DNA of 64,000 nucleotides from an uncultured Candidatus Saccharibacteria bacterium (lineage in GTDB: Bacteria > Patescibacteriota > Minisyncoccia > UBA6257 > 2-01-FULL-56-20), in NCBI GenBank assembly GCA_964365185.1, contig CAYIOP010000001.1:112673-176672 (forward strand), read 5' to 3'. A program made the translations under genes and the position numbers. Position 1 is the stretch's first letter, and each line of letters begins with the position of its first letter. The notes below the pieces were generated by a model. That model worked only from the letters and a program-made list of their open reading frames with translations, made no database searches and was not told where the DNA came from. This document shows positions 31,367 through 40,134 of the stretch, in pieces.

Positions 31367-32269
31367 TTATCTCTGAAATTCTAGCAGATAGTGCCTATCT
31401 TTAATAACTGGCTGATCAACGCCTAAATCTTCTTCATAGTTTAATTTCCAACCATATTTAGAAATTCTCCGAATCCAATCTTTTGGAGTTTCATACGCGC
31501 CGGGAACGGGTATATTGGCATTATGAAAAAGCCGGTTATATAGATAGTCGTTCATAAAAGTTCTGTCTTTGTCCATTTCTATTTCTTCCTCAGTTTTTCC
31601 TTCGGGAATGGTTTCGATAATAACAAGCTTATGTTTAATAATTCTGTCGAGTTCGGCTAAAATTTTCTCATTCTCTTGTTCATGATGGAGAACATTAGTG
31701 AGTAAGCCGGCTTCGTAGTGTTTATCCATAACTTCGACGCGCGTACCGTCGAAAATATAAATAGGAACAGTAAGTCCCTCGCGGTGATAGGATCGAATAT
31801 CCACTCCTTCAATATTAAGTAAAAGTTGGTCGCTTAAAAGTTGGGTAATCTGACCGTCGCCAGCGCCATAATCAATAACCTTGCCCCTGATATTTTTAAG
31901 ATATGGGGCGACTTGTTTAAAAATCGTTTCAGCGCGATTTTTTAATTTTTCGTTTAAAACTTCAATAAGATTTAATTCCTGGTTTCCAAAATTAAGCCTG
32001 GTGTTTTGGAACAATTTTCTGACCTTATCTTCGGTTTCCCGTAAGGATTGATTGCTTTTTAAAAAACTAGAAACATCTTTATATATTTCTATTGATTTTT
32101 CTTGCGACAATCCCAATTGTTCAAAGGTATGGGTGAAATCATTTTCTATTTGGATTTGAGTTTCAGGGTTTGCAAAACAATCCAAAATACGTTCCTGCAG
32201 TAATTTTGTTTCGTCTTCGGATTTCTCTTTTTTATTTTCAGGTGAGTCGAAATTCATGTTTATTTTCAT
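31367..32269 (-). CDS. Class I SAM-dependent methyltransferase
   Basis: SAM motif I VIDYGAGDGQITQLL, with acidic post-I and motif II-like segments. Confidence 0.55.
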   Translation of the reverse strand: MKINMNFDSPENKKEKSEDETKLLQERILDCFANPETQIQIENDFTHTFEQLGLSQEKSIEIYKDVSSFLKSNQSLRETEDKVRKLFQNTRLNFGNQELNLIEVLNEKLKNRAETIFKQVAPYLKNIRGKVIDYGAGDGQITQLLSDQLLLNIEGVDIRSYHREGLTVPIYIFDGTRVEVMDKHYEAGLLTNVLHHEQENEKILAELDRIIKHKLVIIETIPEGKTEEEIEMDKDRTFMNDYLYNRLFHNANIPVPGAYETPKDWIRRISKYGWKLNYEEDLGVDQPVIKDRHYLLEFQR

Positions 32270-32300
32270 GACACTTTTGATGTGCTATACGAATGGAAAT

Positions 32301-32801
32301 TCATCTCTCGATATTATTCCATCTAATAAAAACTTTTATGGTTTCTTTAAATCCGCCAGTATATTTTTCAGGATTTTTATCCATATCTTGCAACACCTCG
32401 TTTAGATTTCTCCAGAAAACATTTTTTACCTCGTCCTCTTTCAACTTTAAAGGAACAGCGTTACAAATAAAAATTCTAAACATGTGCCTACTATTAAATA
32501 TTGCTCCTTTGTCCTGGGCATCCGTAGAGCCAATATCTTTTAATTCAACGCCAACAACACCAAGCTCTTCTTCTAATTCTCTTTTTGCCGCCTCAAGATA
32601 GCTCTCGCCTATATCTACATGCCCCGCAGATGAATGATCGAGGTGTCCATCTTTTGCTCGTTCATTTATTAAAATCTCTCTTTTCTCATTTACAAGATAA
32701 ATGACCGCTACTCGGTGTAGTAGCCCTTCTTTGTGTGCTTTTTCTCGAGATACTTCACCAAGCACATTGTCTTTTTCATCAACCCAAATTACATTACTCA
32801 T
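32301..32801 (-). CDS. Nudix hydrolase
   Basis: Nudix box GHVDIGESYLEAAKRELEEELGV. Confidence 0.85.
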   Translation of the reverse strand: MSNVIWVDEKDNVLGEVSREKAHKEGLLHRVAVIYLVNEKREILINERAKDGHLDHSSAGHVDIGESYLEAAKRELEEELGVVGVELKDIGSTDAQDKGAIFNSRHMFRIFICNAVPLKLKEDEVKNVFWRNLNEVLQDMDKNPEKYTGGFKETIKVFIRWNNIER

Positions 32802-32825
32802 ATTTCCTATTTTCTATGACGTTTT

Positions 32826-33251
32826 TTATTTTACTTCTTGGAAGCCAAGTTTTAATAGCACCGATCTCGCATCTTCAATTCTGTCATCCTTAACTAAAAT
32901 ATAATCTTTTGAATAGGTTGAAACTACTAAGATATTCAGACCTTCTTTCGCGATGGCCTGACTTACTGTAGCAATAAATCCTATGGCGTAAAATGGAACA
33001 GATACGTTAAGCGAAACTAATCTATAAACTTCTTTATTCTTTTCGATAAGGGCTAATTCTGGGAGATTTTTTTCTTCGGTGACTACTGTAATTTCGTCTT
33101 TGTCTTTACTGATAAAAAAATGATTTTCAATATTCGGAGCTTCCGCAACCTTGGCATACACAAAGCTTCCTTCCTCGATTTTGAAACTGCTTTGCTTAAT
33201 GATTTTATCGATTTCGCTGTTCATGTTTTTATCCCCCATTATCCATGACAA
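32826..33251 (-). CDS. ACT-domain protein
   Basis: C-terminal ACT-like beta-alpha-beta-beta-alpha-beta segment (NVSVPFYAIGFIATVSQAIAKEGLNILVVSTYSKDYILV). Confidence 0.45.
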   Translation of the reverse strand: MSWIMGDKNMNSEIDKIIKQSSFKIEEGSFVYAKVAEAPNIENHFFISKDKDEITVVTEEKNLPELALIEKNKEVYRLVSLNVSVPFYAIGFIATVSQAIAKEGLNILVVSTYSKDYILVKDDRIEDARSVLLKLGFQEVK

Positions 33252-35830
33252 CGCTTAAACTTTTTTCCTGATCCGCACGGGCAGGGGTCGTTGCGGCCCA
33301 CCTGAGTGGACGAGCCACTAGGGTCTAGGGTATGGCCCGCCTGACGGCGAGGCAGGCCACTAGGGGTGGGTTGGTTGGTATTTTGTGAATCTTGGTGCGC
33401 CAATCTGAATAAATTCCCGAAAATCCAGGCGTTGAAATTATCCCAGAAATCCAGAAATAGTTTTCGGCTTTCTTGCTTGTATTCCACGAGCGGGTCGTGC
33501 TGGCCATAGGCGCGAAGCCCGACGGACTCATTTAAAGCGTCAAGATTTTCCAGATGAGTCATCCAGAGCATATCTAAGATGCCCAAAATTTTGCTTTTAA
33601 TGAGCGAATCCTCGCTTATTTCTTCGCTGCGTTTTTTAATCAACGCTTCCAGAGTTTCTGAATCGGGATTCTCGGGGAAAGAATGCTGATCGTTTACAAC
33701 ACCGGCCTCGACAAAAATTTTCTTTAATCGCTCGTCTGGCGACTCCGGGTTTTCGCCTTCGGCCGTTAGAACCGGCTCCTGCTCTATTTTTTTCAAAAAC
33801 TCGGATGAAATACCGCTGATTAAATTACTTAAATCCTCTTTGTTTAAAGCCGATAACACTTCTTTTCTTCTTTTATAAATGTTAAAGCGCTGCTTGTTTA
33901 AAACATCATCGTATTCAAGCAAGTGCTTTCTTAAATCAAAATTCGCTCCTTCCACTCGCGATTGCGCTTGCGAAACCGCTTTGGAAACCAAATTAAGCTC
34001 AATAGGAATGTCATCCGGAAAATTAAACCGACTCATTAACCCCTCGATGCGGTCGCCGCCGAAGATGCGAACCAAATCATCCTCCAAAGACAAGAAAAAC
34101 CGCGTTGAGCCGGGGTCGCCTTGCCGGCCAGTGCGGCCGCGAAGCTGGTTATCTATCCGGCGAGCTTCATGGCGTTCGGTGCCGATCACGTGAAGTCCGC
34201 CTAAGTTTTTAATCTTTTCCCCTTCTTCTTTTTTAGGCGGGTTGCCGCCTAAAATAATATCGACACCTCTCCCCGCCATATTAGTAGCGACAGTTACAGC
34301 GCCCTTGCGGCCGGCTTGAGCAATAATCGCTCCTTCACGTTCATTGTTTTTGGCGTTTAAAACTTCATGGGGAATATTGGCCGTCGCTAAAAGTCCTGAT
34401 AAAAACTCATTTTTCTCAATCGAGGTGGTGCCTAAAAGCACTGGCTGGCCGATTTTATTTTTTTCTTTAACTTCTTCAACCACGGCCTTCCACTTAACTT
34501 CTTGATTGCGATAAATAATATCTTGCAAGTCCTTCCTGATAAGCGGCCGATGAGTTGGAACTGTGATGACTTCTAAATTGTAAACCTTGTGAAATTCCTC
34601 CGCCGAGGTTTGAGCAGTACCGGTCATGCCGGAGATTTTTTCATACAACCGGAAATAATTTTGAATGGAAATTTTGGCATAAGTGCGGGACTCTTCTTTA
34701 ACTTGAACCCCTTCTTTGGCCTCAATAGCTTGGTGAAGTCCACCGGAATATCTTCGGCCCTGAAGCATGCGGCCGGTGAATTCATCCACAATAATAATTT
34801 CGTTGTTTTTAACCACATAGTCCTTATCCTTTTTAAAAAGAGCGTGAGCTTTTAAACTTTCTTCTAAATAATGAACTAGGCGTAAATTCTGGGGCGCGTA
34901 GATATTCTGAACCCCAAGCATTTTTTCAACTTTTTCAATACCAGAGTCGCCAATCGCCACTGAGCGATGCTTTTCGTCTAAAGTGAAATCCTCGTCTTTC
35001 TTTAAATAAGTGACGACTCGAGCAAAAGTTTTATAAAAATCGCTCGATTTTTGATCAGGTGCGGCAATAATCAAAGGGGTTCTGGCTTCGTCAATCAAAA
35101 TACTGTCCACTTCGTCGATAATCGCGAAGTTATAATCCCTTTGAACTTGAGATTCTAAACTATAAGCCAAATTATCCCTTAAATAATCAAAGCCGAATTC
35201 GTGGTTGGTGCCATAGGTGATATCGGCTAAATAGGCCTCCCGGCGCTCAACTGAACGTAAAAATTCCTGTTGGACAAGAAAACTGCCGGTGGTATCTCTT
35301 TCTTTATCAATCATTTTCTCGATTTCTTCCGGCACGGAAAAAGTTGGGTCGTAAATAAACGCTCCGTTCGGGACTAAACAGGAGACACTTAACCCTAAAG
35401 CGTGGTAAATTTGGCCCATCCAAATCGCGTCGCGGCGAGCGAGATATTCATTTACGGTGACCACATGCACGCCTTTCTTAGTTAACGCATTCAGATAGGC
35501 CGGAGCCACAGCGGATAAGGTTTTGCCTTCACCAGTGGTCATCTCTGCCACAGCACCTTTGTGAATAACCAATCCTCCAACCAATTGGACATCGTAAGGA
35601 CGCTGGCCAAGAGTTCTTTTCGCAGCTTCCCTCACCAAAGCAAAAGCTTGGGACATAATCGAATCTAAAGTTTCGCCGTTCTTTAGTTTATCTATCAAAA
35701 TTCCAGTTTCTTTCTTTAAGTCGTCTTCGGATAATTTACTGATTTCCGGTTCAAGCGAATTTATTTCTTCAACTTGGGCTAAAAATGGGCCGGTCGGGTC
35801 GCCGGCAAAAAAATTTTTCAAAAAACTCAT
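33239..35830 (-). CDS. secA: Preprotein translocase ATPase SecA
   Basis: DEAD motor motifs, the preprotein cross-linking domain, and the C-terminal SEC-C zinc motif CPCGSGKKFKRCHG. Confidence 0.95.
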   Translation of the reverse strand: MSFLKNFFAGDPTGPFLAQVEEINSLEPEISKLSEDDLKKETGILIDKLKNGETLDSIMSQAFALVREAAKRTLGQRPYDVQLVGGLVIHKGAVAEMTTGEGKTLSAVAPAYLNALTKKGVHVVTVNEYLARRDAIWMGQIYHALGLSVSCLVPNGAFIYDPTFSVPEEIEKMIDKERDTTGSFLVQQEFLRSVERREAYLADITYGTNHEFGFDYLRDNLAYSLESQVQRDYNFAIIDEVDSILIDEARTPLIIAAPDQKSSDFYKTFARVVTYLKKDEDFTLDEKHRSVAIGDSGIEKVEKMLGVQNIYAPQNLRLVHYLEESLKAHALFKKDKDYVVKNNEIIIVDEFTGRMLQGRRYSGGLHQAIEAKEGVQVKEESRTYAKISIQNYFRLYEKISGMTGTAQTSAEEFHKVYNLEVITVPTHRPLIRKDLQDIIYRNQEVKWKAVVEEVKEKNKIGQPVLLGTTSIEKNEFLSGLLATANIPHEVLNAKNNEREGAIIAQAGRKGAVTVATNMAGRGVDIILGGNPPKKEEGEKIKNLGGLHVIGTERHEARRIDNQLRGRTGRQGDPGSTRFFLSLEDDLVRIFGGDRIEGLMSRFNFPDDIPIELNLVSKAVSQAQSRVEGANFDLRKHLLEYDDVLNKQRFNIYKRRKEVLSALNKEDLSNLISGISSEFLKKIEQEPVLTAEGENPESPDERLKKIFVEAGVVNDQHSFPENPDSETLEALIKKRSEEISEDSLIKSKILGILDMLWMTHLENLDALNESVGLRAYGQHDPLVEYKQESRKLFLDFWDNFNAWIFGNLFRLAHQDSQNTNQPTPSGLPRRQAGHTLDPSGSSTQVGRNDPCPCGSGKKFKRCHG

Positions 35831-36162
35831 ATTTTTCTTTGGTTACGGGGACTTATTTTGGTTTTATACTTTTCTATTTCCAGGCGCAATTTGTTTTTAG
35901 CTTGATCAATAGCTTGACGAACATCGGAAGCCAAGACCTCAACGCGTAAAACTTTGCCAGGGAGATCTAAATTCATCTCGGCCATAAAAACATCACCCTT
36001 ATGATGATGCTTGGTACTCCGACCAACTTCCAGGTGAAAGGCGACAACATCAGTAGCATCGAATCTTTTAACTAGTTTTTCAATAATTAAGGTCTTCCCA
36101 TTAATAAAAGTCCTTAAACTGGGGGTAAGGTCTAGATTAGTGGCTTTTATGGTGCTTTTCAT
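35827..36162 (-). CDS. hpf: Ribosome hibernation promoting factor (HPF/RaiA family, short form)
   Basis: MKSTIKATNLDLTPSLRTFINGK...VFMAEMNLDLPGKVLRVE, the typical YfiA/HPF fold sequence. Confidence 0.85.
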   Translation of the reverse strand: MKSTIKATNLDLTPSLRTFINGKTLIIEKLVKRFDATDVVAFHLEVGRSTKHHHKGDVFMAEMNLDLPGKVLRVEVLASDVRQAIDQAKNKLRLEIEKYKTKISPRNQRKI

Positions 36163-36202
36163 TGGCTAATTATAACCATAAATTGCCCTTTCTTGCAAAA
36201 AA

Positions 36203-36229
36203 AACCACCCTATTAAGGGTGGTTTTTTA
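36203..36229. terminator. Bidirectional intrinsic terminator
   Basis: An A-run, CCACCCtattaaGGGTGG, then a T6 run. Confidence 0.7.
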
Positions 36230-36242
36230 GAATTATCTTTTT

Positions 36243-36326
36243 CTCTTAGCCGTCTTTCTCTTTTTAGTAGTTTTTTTCTTGGCGGTCTTTTTTACTGCTT
36301 TTTTTCTTTTTTTCATTTTAGGTTCG
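36243..36326 (-). CDS. Possible tiny highly basic peptide (27 aa; MKKRKKAVKKTAKKKTTKKRKTAKRKR)
   Basis: Short ORF between two terminators upstream of hpf. Composition resembles small ribosome-associated basic proteins. No SD, and no homology could be checked. Confidence 0.2.
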
Positions 36327-36527
36327 ATCTGGTAAATCAATCGACCTTTGCTAGTAAGTTTAAATACAAAACTTACCAATTGAGTTTTCACTCTCTTACG
36401 AGTGATGACGCAAAAAATTTTACGTCCTCAATTACAAAAATTAATTTTAATTTATCTTATATTTATTTTAACACTTGAGTGGAGAAATAAAACGAAAACT
36501 GTGGACAACTTTTCGCTCGCTTTTATT

Positions 36528-36650
36528 TTGTGAGAACCGAGGTTATTTGATCTCCAGCGGATCAAATCCCTCTGCACCTCGGCGCGGAAATCCCGCTAAC
36601 GCGGGAACCAATCTTTCCGCGCCTCCGGTAGCTTCTCACAAAACAAAAAC
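36528..36650. ncRNA. Candidate structured RNA element (three-way junction with mutually exclusive pairings). Strand undetermined
   Basis: Outer stem UUUUGUGAGAA/UUCUCACAAAA. Hairpin A: CCGAGG...CCUCGG, with an inner UUUGAUC/GAUCAAA stem. Hairpin B: CGCGGAAA...UUUCCGCG, with an inner CCCGC-uaa-GCGGG stem. A 3' CCUCCGG could pair with the 5' CCGAGG instead of hairpin A's partner. Confidence 0.35.
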
Positions 36651-36671
36651 TCGCTTGTGGGTGGAATAAAA

Positions 36672-36715
36672 AAATAGCCAGTAACTCATTAAATAAGAAA
36701 CTGGCTATAGGTAAT
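36672..36715 (-). terminator. Minus-strand intrinsic terminator
   Basis: On the minus strand, ATAGCCAG-loop-CTGGCTAT followed by TTTTTTTATT. Confidence 0.6.
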
Positions 36716-36982
36716 GACTACTGCCGAGAATTCGGCGTTTCCACTCACGGGACCCACCCGCTACACAACTCATAGGAACGGGTGCCCGTTCCGTGTCGGG
36801 GCATTTTCCGAGATTCTCTTTAAATGGCGGTTATTTGATCTTATTGAAACTTTCAAAAAGACGAGACTCCCCACCAGATTAACTCATGCGAGTCAGTCTC
36901 GGCATACCCTAAAACAGTAGTCCCTGAATAAGAGCGAGATGTTTCATCTCTGCCTCCTTGGCTAAATTAATAATAACACAAC

Positions 36983-37906
36983 TTAAACAATCTGAATTTC
37001 TTCTTCAAGGGTGATGTTGAATTTATTTTTTATTTCGGATTTAACGACTTCGATTAAAGTTCTTACGTCTTTAGCGGTGGCGTGGCCTAAATTAACCAAA
37101 AAATTGGGGTGCTTAGGAGAAACCATACAATCACCTTCGCGGCGGCCTTTTAAGCCGGCTTCAGAAATTAAATAAGCCGTGGGCACGACTGGAAAGGGAT
37201 CTTTTTTAATTGGCGGCTGGAGTTTTTCTAGAACCCACTGCGGCACTTGTTTTAAATCCACATTTTTGAAAGTGCTACCGGTGTTGGGATACTCCAAGGG
37301 GTGATGATCTTTGCGGAATTTAATTTTTTCTTCGATTGAACTTCTAATTTTTTCTGGATCGCCTTTGATTAAATTTATTTCCGCACTTACGACAACTTCT
37401 TGCCCCTGCCTTTCTTTAAAAATACTGTTGCGATAATTGAACCGACACTCGGAATTATTTCTTTTTATTACTTCCACGCTTTCGATATCCAAACTTTCAA
37501 CCGATAAGATGTTATCTTTAATCTCGCCACCGAAGGCGCCGGCATTGCCGCGAATGGCGCCACCAAAGGTGCCTGGCAATCCGCCAGCCCATTCTAAGCC
37601 AGAGAGGTTCTTTCGAATGGTGAATCTGAGCAGATCTTCCATTAGGACACCAGCGCCGACGAAGACAACTTGTTCGTTAGTTGTTAATTGTTGGATGTCA
37701 ACTTTAATGACTAAACCATCGAAACCAGAATCATTAATTAACAAATTAGTGCCACCACCAAGGATGAAAATCTTGGCGTTTTTTTCTTTAGCCCAAAGCA
37801 CGGCTTTTTTTACATCCTCAAGTGTTGGAGCAAGACAAAAATAGCGGGCCGGCCCGCCGATTTTGTAATTGCTGTATTTAGAAAGCTCAACATTTTCTTG
37901 GATCAT
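36983..37906 (-). CDS. murB: UDP-N-acetylenolpyruvoylglucosamine reductase
   Basis: FAD-binding motifs (YSNYKIGGPARYF..ILGGGTNLL) and the MurB C-domain. Confidence 0.9.
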   Translation of the reverse strand: MIQENVELSKYSNYKIGGPARYFCLAPTLEDVKKAVLWAKEKNAKIFILGGGTNLLINDSGFDGLVIKVDIQQLTTNEQVVFVGAGVLMEDLLRFTIRKNLSGLEWAGGLPGTFGGAIRGNAGAFGGEIKDNILSVESLDIESVEVIKRNNSECRFNYRNSIFKERQGQEVVVSAEINLIKGDPEKIRSSIEEKIKFRKDHHPLEYPNTGSTFKNVDLKQVPQWVLEKLQPPIKKDPFPVVPTAYLISEAGLKGRREGDCMVSPKHPNFLVNLGHATAKDVRTLIEVVKSEIKNKFNITLEEEIQIV

Positions 37907-38184
37907 ACCCCGGAGGAAATTACCTGCCCGCCGAACAAACCGAAATTTCGGCGTTAAGACTAATGATTAAGACCTTTATCTTTATTTTAGTGTAAAACAT
38001 TGTCATTGACAGATATATTTAAAATTTCGGTCGGCTTTGGCAGGCGGGAATATTTTTTTGTTAATTCATATACGACTTTTTTATATTACTTTACTCTATT
38101 GCAATGCCCTCCTAAATTAGATTAGCTCAAAAATATTTTATTTTCTCACTATTTCCTACGGGGCATGATAATAAAAATCAATCT

Positions 38185-38332
38185 GTTTAAATGGCCACGG
38201 GCCAAATTTTGGACTTGCGCATCCTGCCTGAATGGCTGCCAGTGGTGACCTCCTAACATGTTTGTGTTGAATGAGTGCTCTTCCGGCAGCCGTCCAGGCA
38301 ACATGACTACTTAGAACCCGTGGCCATTTAAA
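38185..38332. repeat. 148-bp element with perfect 16-bp terminal inverted repeats (TTTAAATGGCCACGGG / CCCGTGGCCATTTAAA) and a nested imperfect inverted repeat. MITE or structured RNA
   Basis: Terminal inverted repeats at 38185-38200 and 38317-38332. Inner TGCCTGAATGGCTGCC / GGCAGCCGTCCAGGCA. Single copy in this window. Confidence 0.45.
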
Positions 38333-38395
38333 AAGGTTGTTATAAAGGACGCTTTGAAAATTATAGTTTCTTTTAAGGGTACAGGTCAAAAAAAC

Positions 38396-38420
38396 TAAAA
38401 ACCCCTTGCGGGGTTTTTAG
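38396..38420. terminator. Bidirectional intrinsic terminator
   Basis: AAAAACCCCTTGCGGGGTTTTTAG. Confidence 0.7.
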
Positions 38421-38605
38421 CCAAACATATAGTTGGGACAGTCCTTTGAAAAACCCAAAGGACTACTCACACTCATTCTTGAGTATTATACCTGATTTTA
38501 AATATTAATGCAAGGGGTTATCCCCATTTGGCTCACAAAGACCAAAAATCCCCACTCTGGGGCTTTCTGGTTTCTAGCTATCGCTTTACTTCAAGTCGAA
38601 TAAAT

Positions 38606-39886
38606 TTAAGGCAAAGTTAGGAAATTCATTTGGCTTGAAGTAGTGGCGTTATTTAAGATGTCTTTTGATTCAACCGCGAAGTAGTAGGTACTCGAGGCAG
38701 TTAAACCAGTTAGGTTTACTGAATGAACAGTGGACATGCCGGAAACTTCAGTAAACTGAGCAGTTGCGAAATTTAGCGGAGTGTTGGTGCTGTAATAAAC
38801 CTTGCTGGTGGCTGATTCATTGGTATTCCAAGTAATAGTAGCCGTGGTTGAACTGACATTAGTCACGCTAACCGAAGAGATAATCGGCGCGGTGACATCA
38901 ACTGGCGCTAAGGTCGCGAAAGAATTCTGGCTGGAAGTTGTTTTATTACCCGAGGGGTCACTCGATTCAACGACATAGAAATATGTGGTTGAAGTAGTAA
39001 GACCAGTTAGATCTAAAAAGTGCGCGGTTGTAAATGAACCATTTGAAATCGTGAGTGCTGATGTAAGGTTAATTGGTGAGATAGTTGAATAATAAACTTT
39101 GCTATTAGCAACCTCGTTTGTAGTCCAATTAATCTTGGCGCTTGAGCCGGCTAAATTAGAAGCAAAAACCGATGAAATGATTGGCGCAATTATATCCGCA
39201 GTGGAGGTGGTGTTGTCATCATCATCATCGTCATCATCATCAATTTTTTTACCGATTCCCGGTGGCAATTTTTGACACTCTGGAATAACCGGTTTGTCGT
39301 TCTTTTTTAGCCAACCCTTAGCAATAAGATGACCGGGTGGGATAACGGCACACAACCGGGAACCTCTTTGACTATTTTTGTGATTATCCTCGTCGTCATC
39401 ATTATCTTCGTCGTCATCATGATTTTCTCGGGCAATTGGATTTTCTTTGAGTCGCTCATTTAATTTCTTAAGGGTTTTCGGTCCGACAATGCCAAGTTGG
39501 TCAAGACCATGCTTGGCCTGGAACTTTTTCACAGCTTTCTCTGTGAGTAAACCATAAAACCCGGTGATTAACGCCTCCGGATAAATTTCCGAGTCAGCGG
39601 CTAAAAGGGCCTGAAGAATTGTGACATCATCTCCACTTGAGCCACGGCGTAAATTCTTAATAAGCCCAACAACAGTTTCGCTTCTCTGGACTTGAACTGC
39701 AATTTTTTGTTTATTTAGATTATTGATTTGGGTCTGAAGAGCTTGAATTTGCTGGCTTAAGTTTTTGATGAGATCGAGTTGAGTTTGAATTGAGGTAGTG
39801 GTGGTTTGGGCGCTGGCTGACTGAATGCTGGGCATAATTATTCCCAACATTAGCAAAGCCAAGATTAAATTAGTGAGTTTTTTCAT
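38606..39886 (-). CDS. Secreted protein with a peptidoglycan-binding (PG_binding_1-like) domain, poly-Asp tracts and two FN3-like repeats
   Basis: Signal peptide, a coiled-coil Q-rich segment, GSSGDDVTILQALL...FQAKHGLDQLGIVGPKT, D-rich linkers, then two repeats each ending YY..VES.D..N. Confidence 0.55.
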   Translation of the reverse strand: MKKLTNLILALLMLGIIMPSIQSASAQTTTTSIQTQLDLIKNLSQQIQALQTQINNLNKQKIAVQVQRSETVVGLIKNLRRGSSGDDVTILQALLAADSEIYPEALITGFYGLLTEKAVKKFQAKHGLDQLGIVGPKTLKKLNERLKENPIARENHDDDEDNDDDEDNHKNSQRGSRLCAVIPPGHLIAKGWLKKNDKPVIPECQKLPPGIGKKIDDDDDDDDDNTTSTADIIAPIISSVFASNLAGSSAKINWTTNEVANSKVYYSTISPINLTSALTISNGSFTTAHFLDLTGLTTSTTYFYVVESSDPSGNKTTSSQNSFATLAPVDVTAPIISSVSVTNVSSTTATITWNTNESATSKVYYSTNTPLNFATAQFTEVSGMSTVHSVNLTGLTASSTYYFAVESKDILNNATTSSQMNFLTLP

Positions 39887-40134
39887 TTTTAATTTAAGAT
39901 TTTTATATTTTGGCCGACCTTTTATTGATGTTTAGTATTTAAATTAATACGGGACTCTTCCTAAAATGTTACTTTAAGTTTAGGTACTTTTATCTTACGA
40001 TAAAAATCCCAAAACCCGGCAAGCGGAATTTTGGTCAAGTATACAACATTCATTATGGTTGCGACCCGTTATAATTAAAGTATAATTCACTTAGCTTATT
40101 TTTACTTTTACTCCCTACTTGTTTTGCCTAAAGG

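Noticed and set aside
36475-36920. ORFs 36475-36669 and 36714-36920 in the hpf-murB gap
   Set aside because: They overlap the structured three-way-junction element and a perfect palindrome. The translations are Pro/Arg-rich nonsense, so I treat them as RNA or regulatory sequence.
38185-38332. SRP RNA or 6S RNA assignment for the TIR element, and SRP assignment for 36528-36650
   Set aside because: Neither shows the conserved helix-8 GNRA tetraloop/AGCA motif context of SRP RNA, or a 6S central bubble, convincingly by eye. Left as unclassified.
38156-38389. 77-aa ORF spanning the 148-bp TIR element
   Set aside because: It reads straight through the perfect 16-bp inverted repeats and a repeat-family copy. 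This is almost certainly non-coding.
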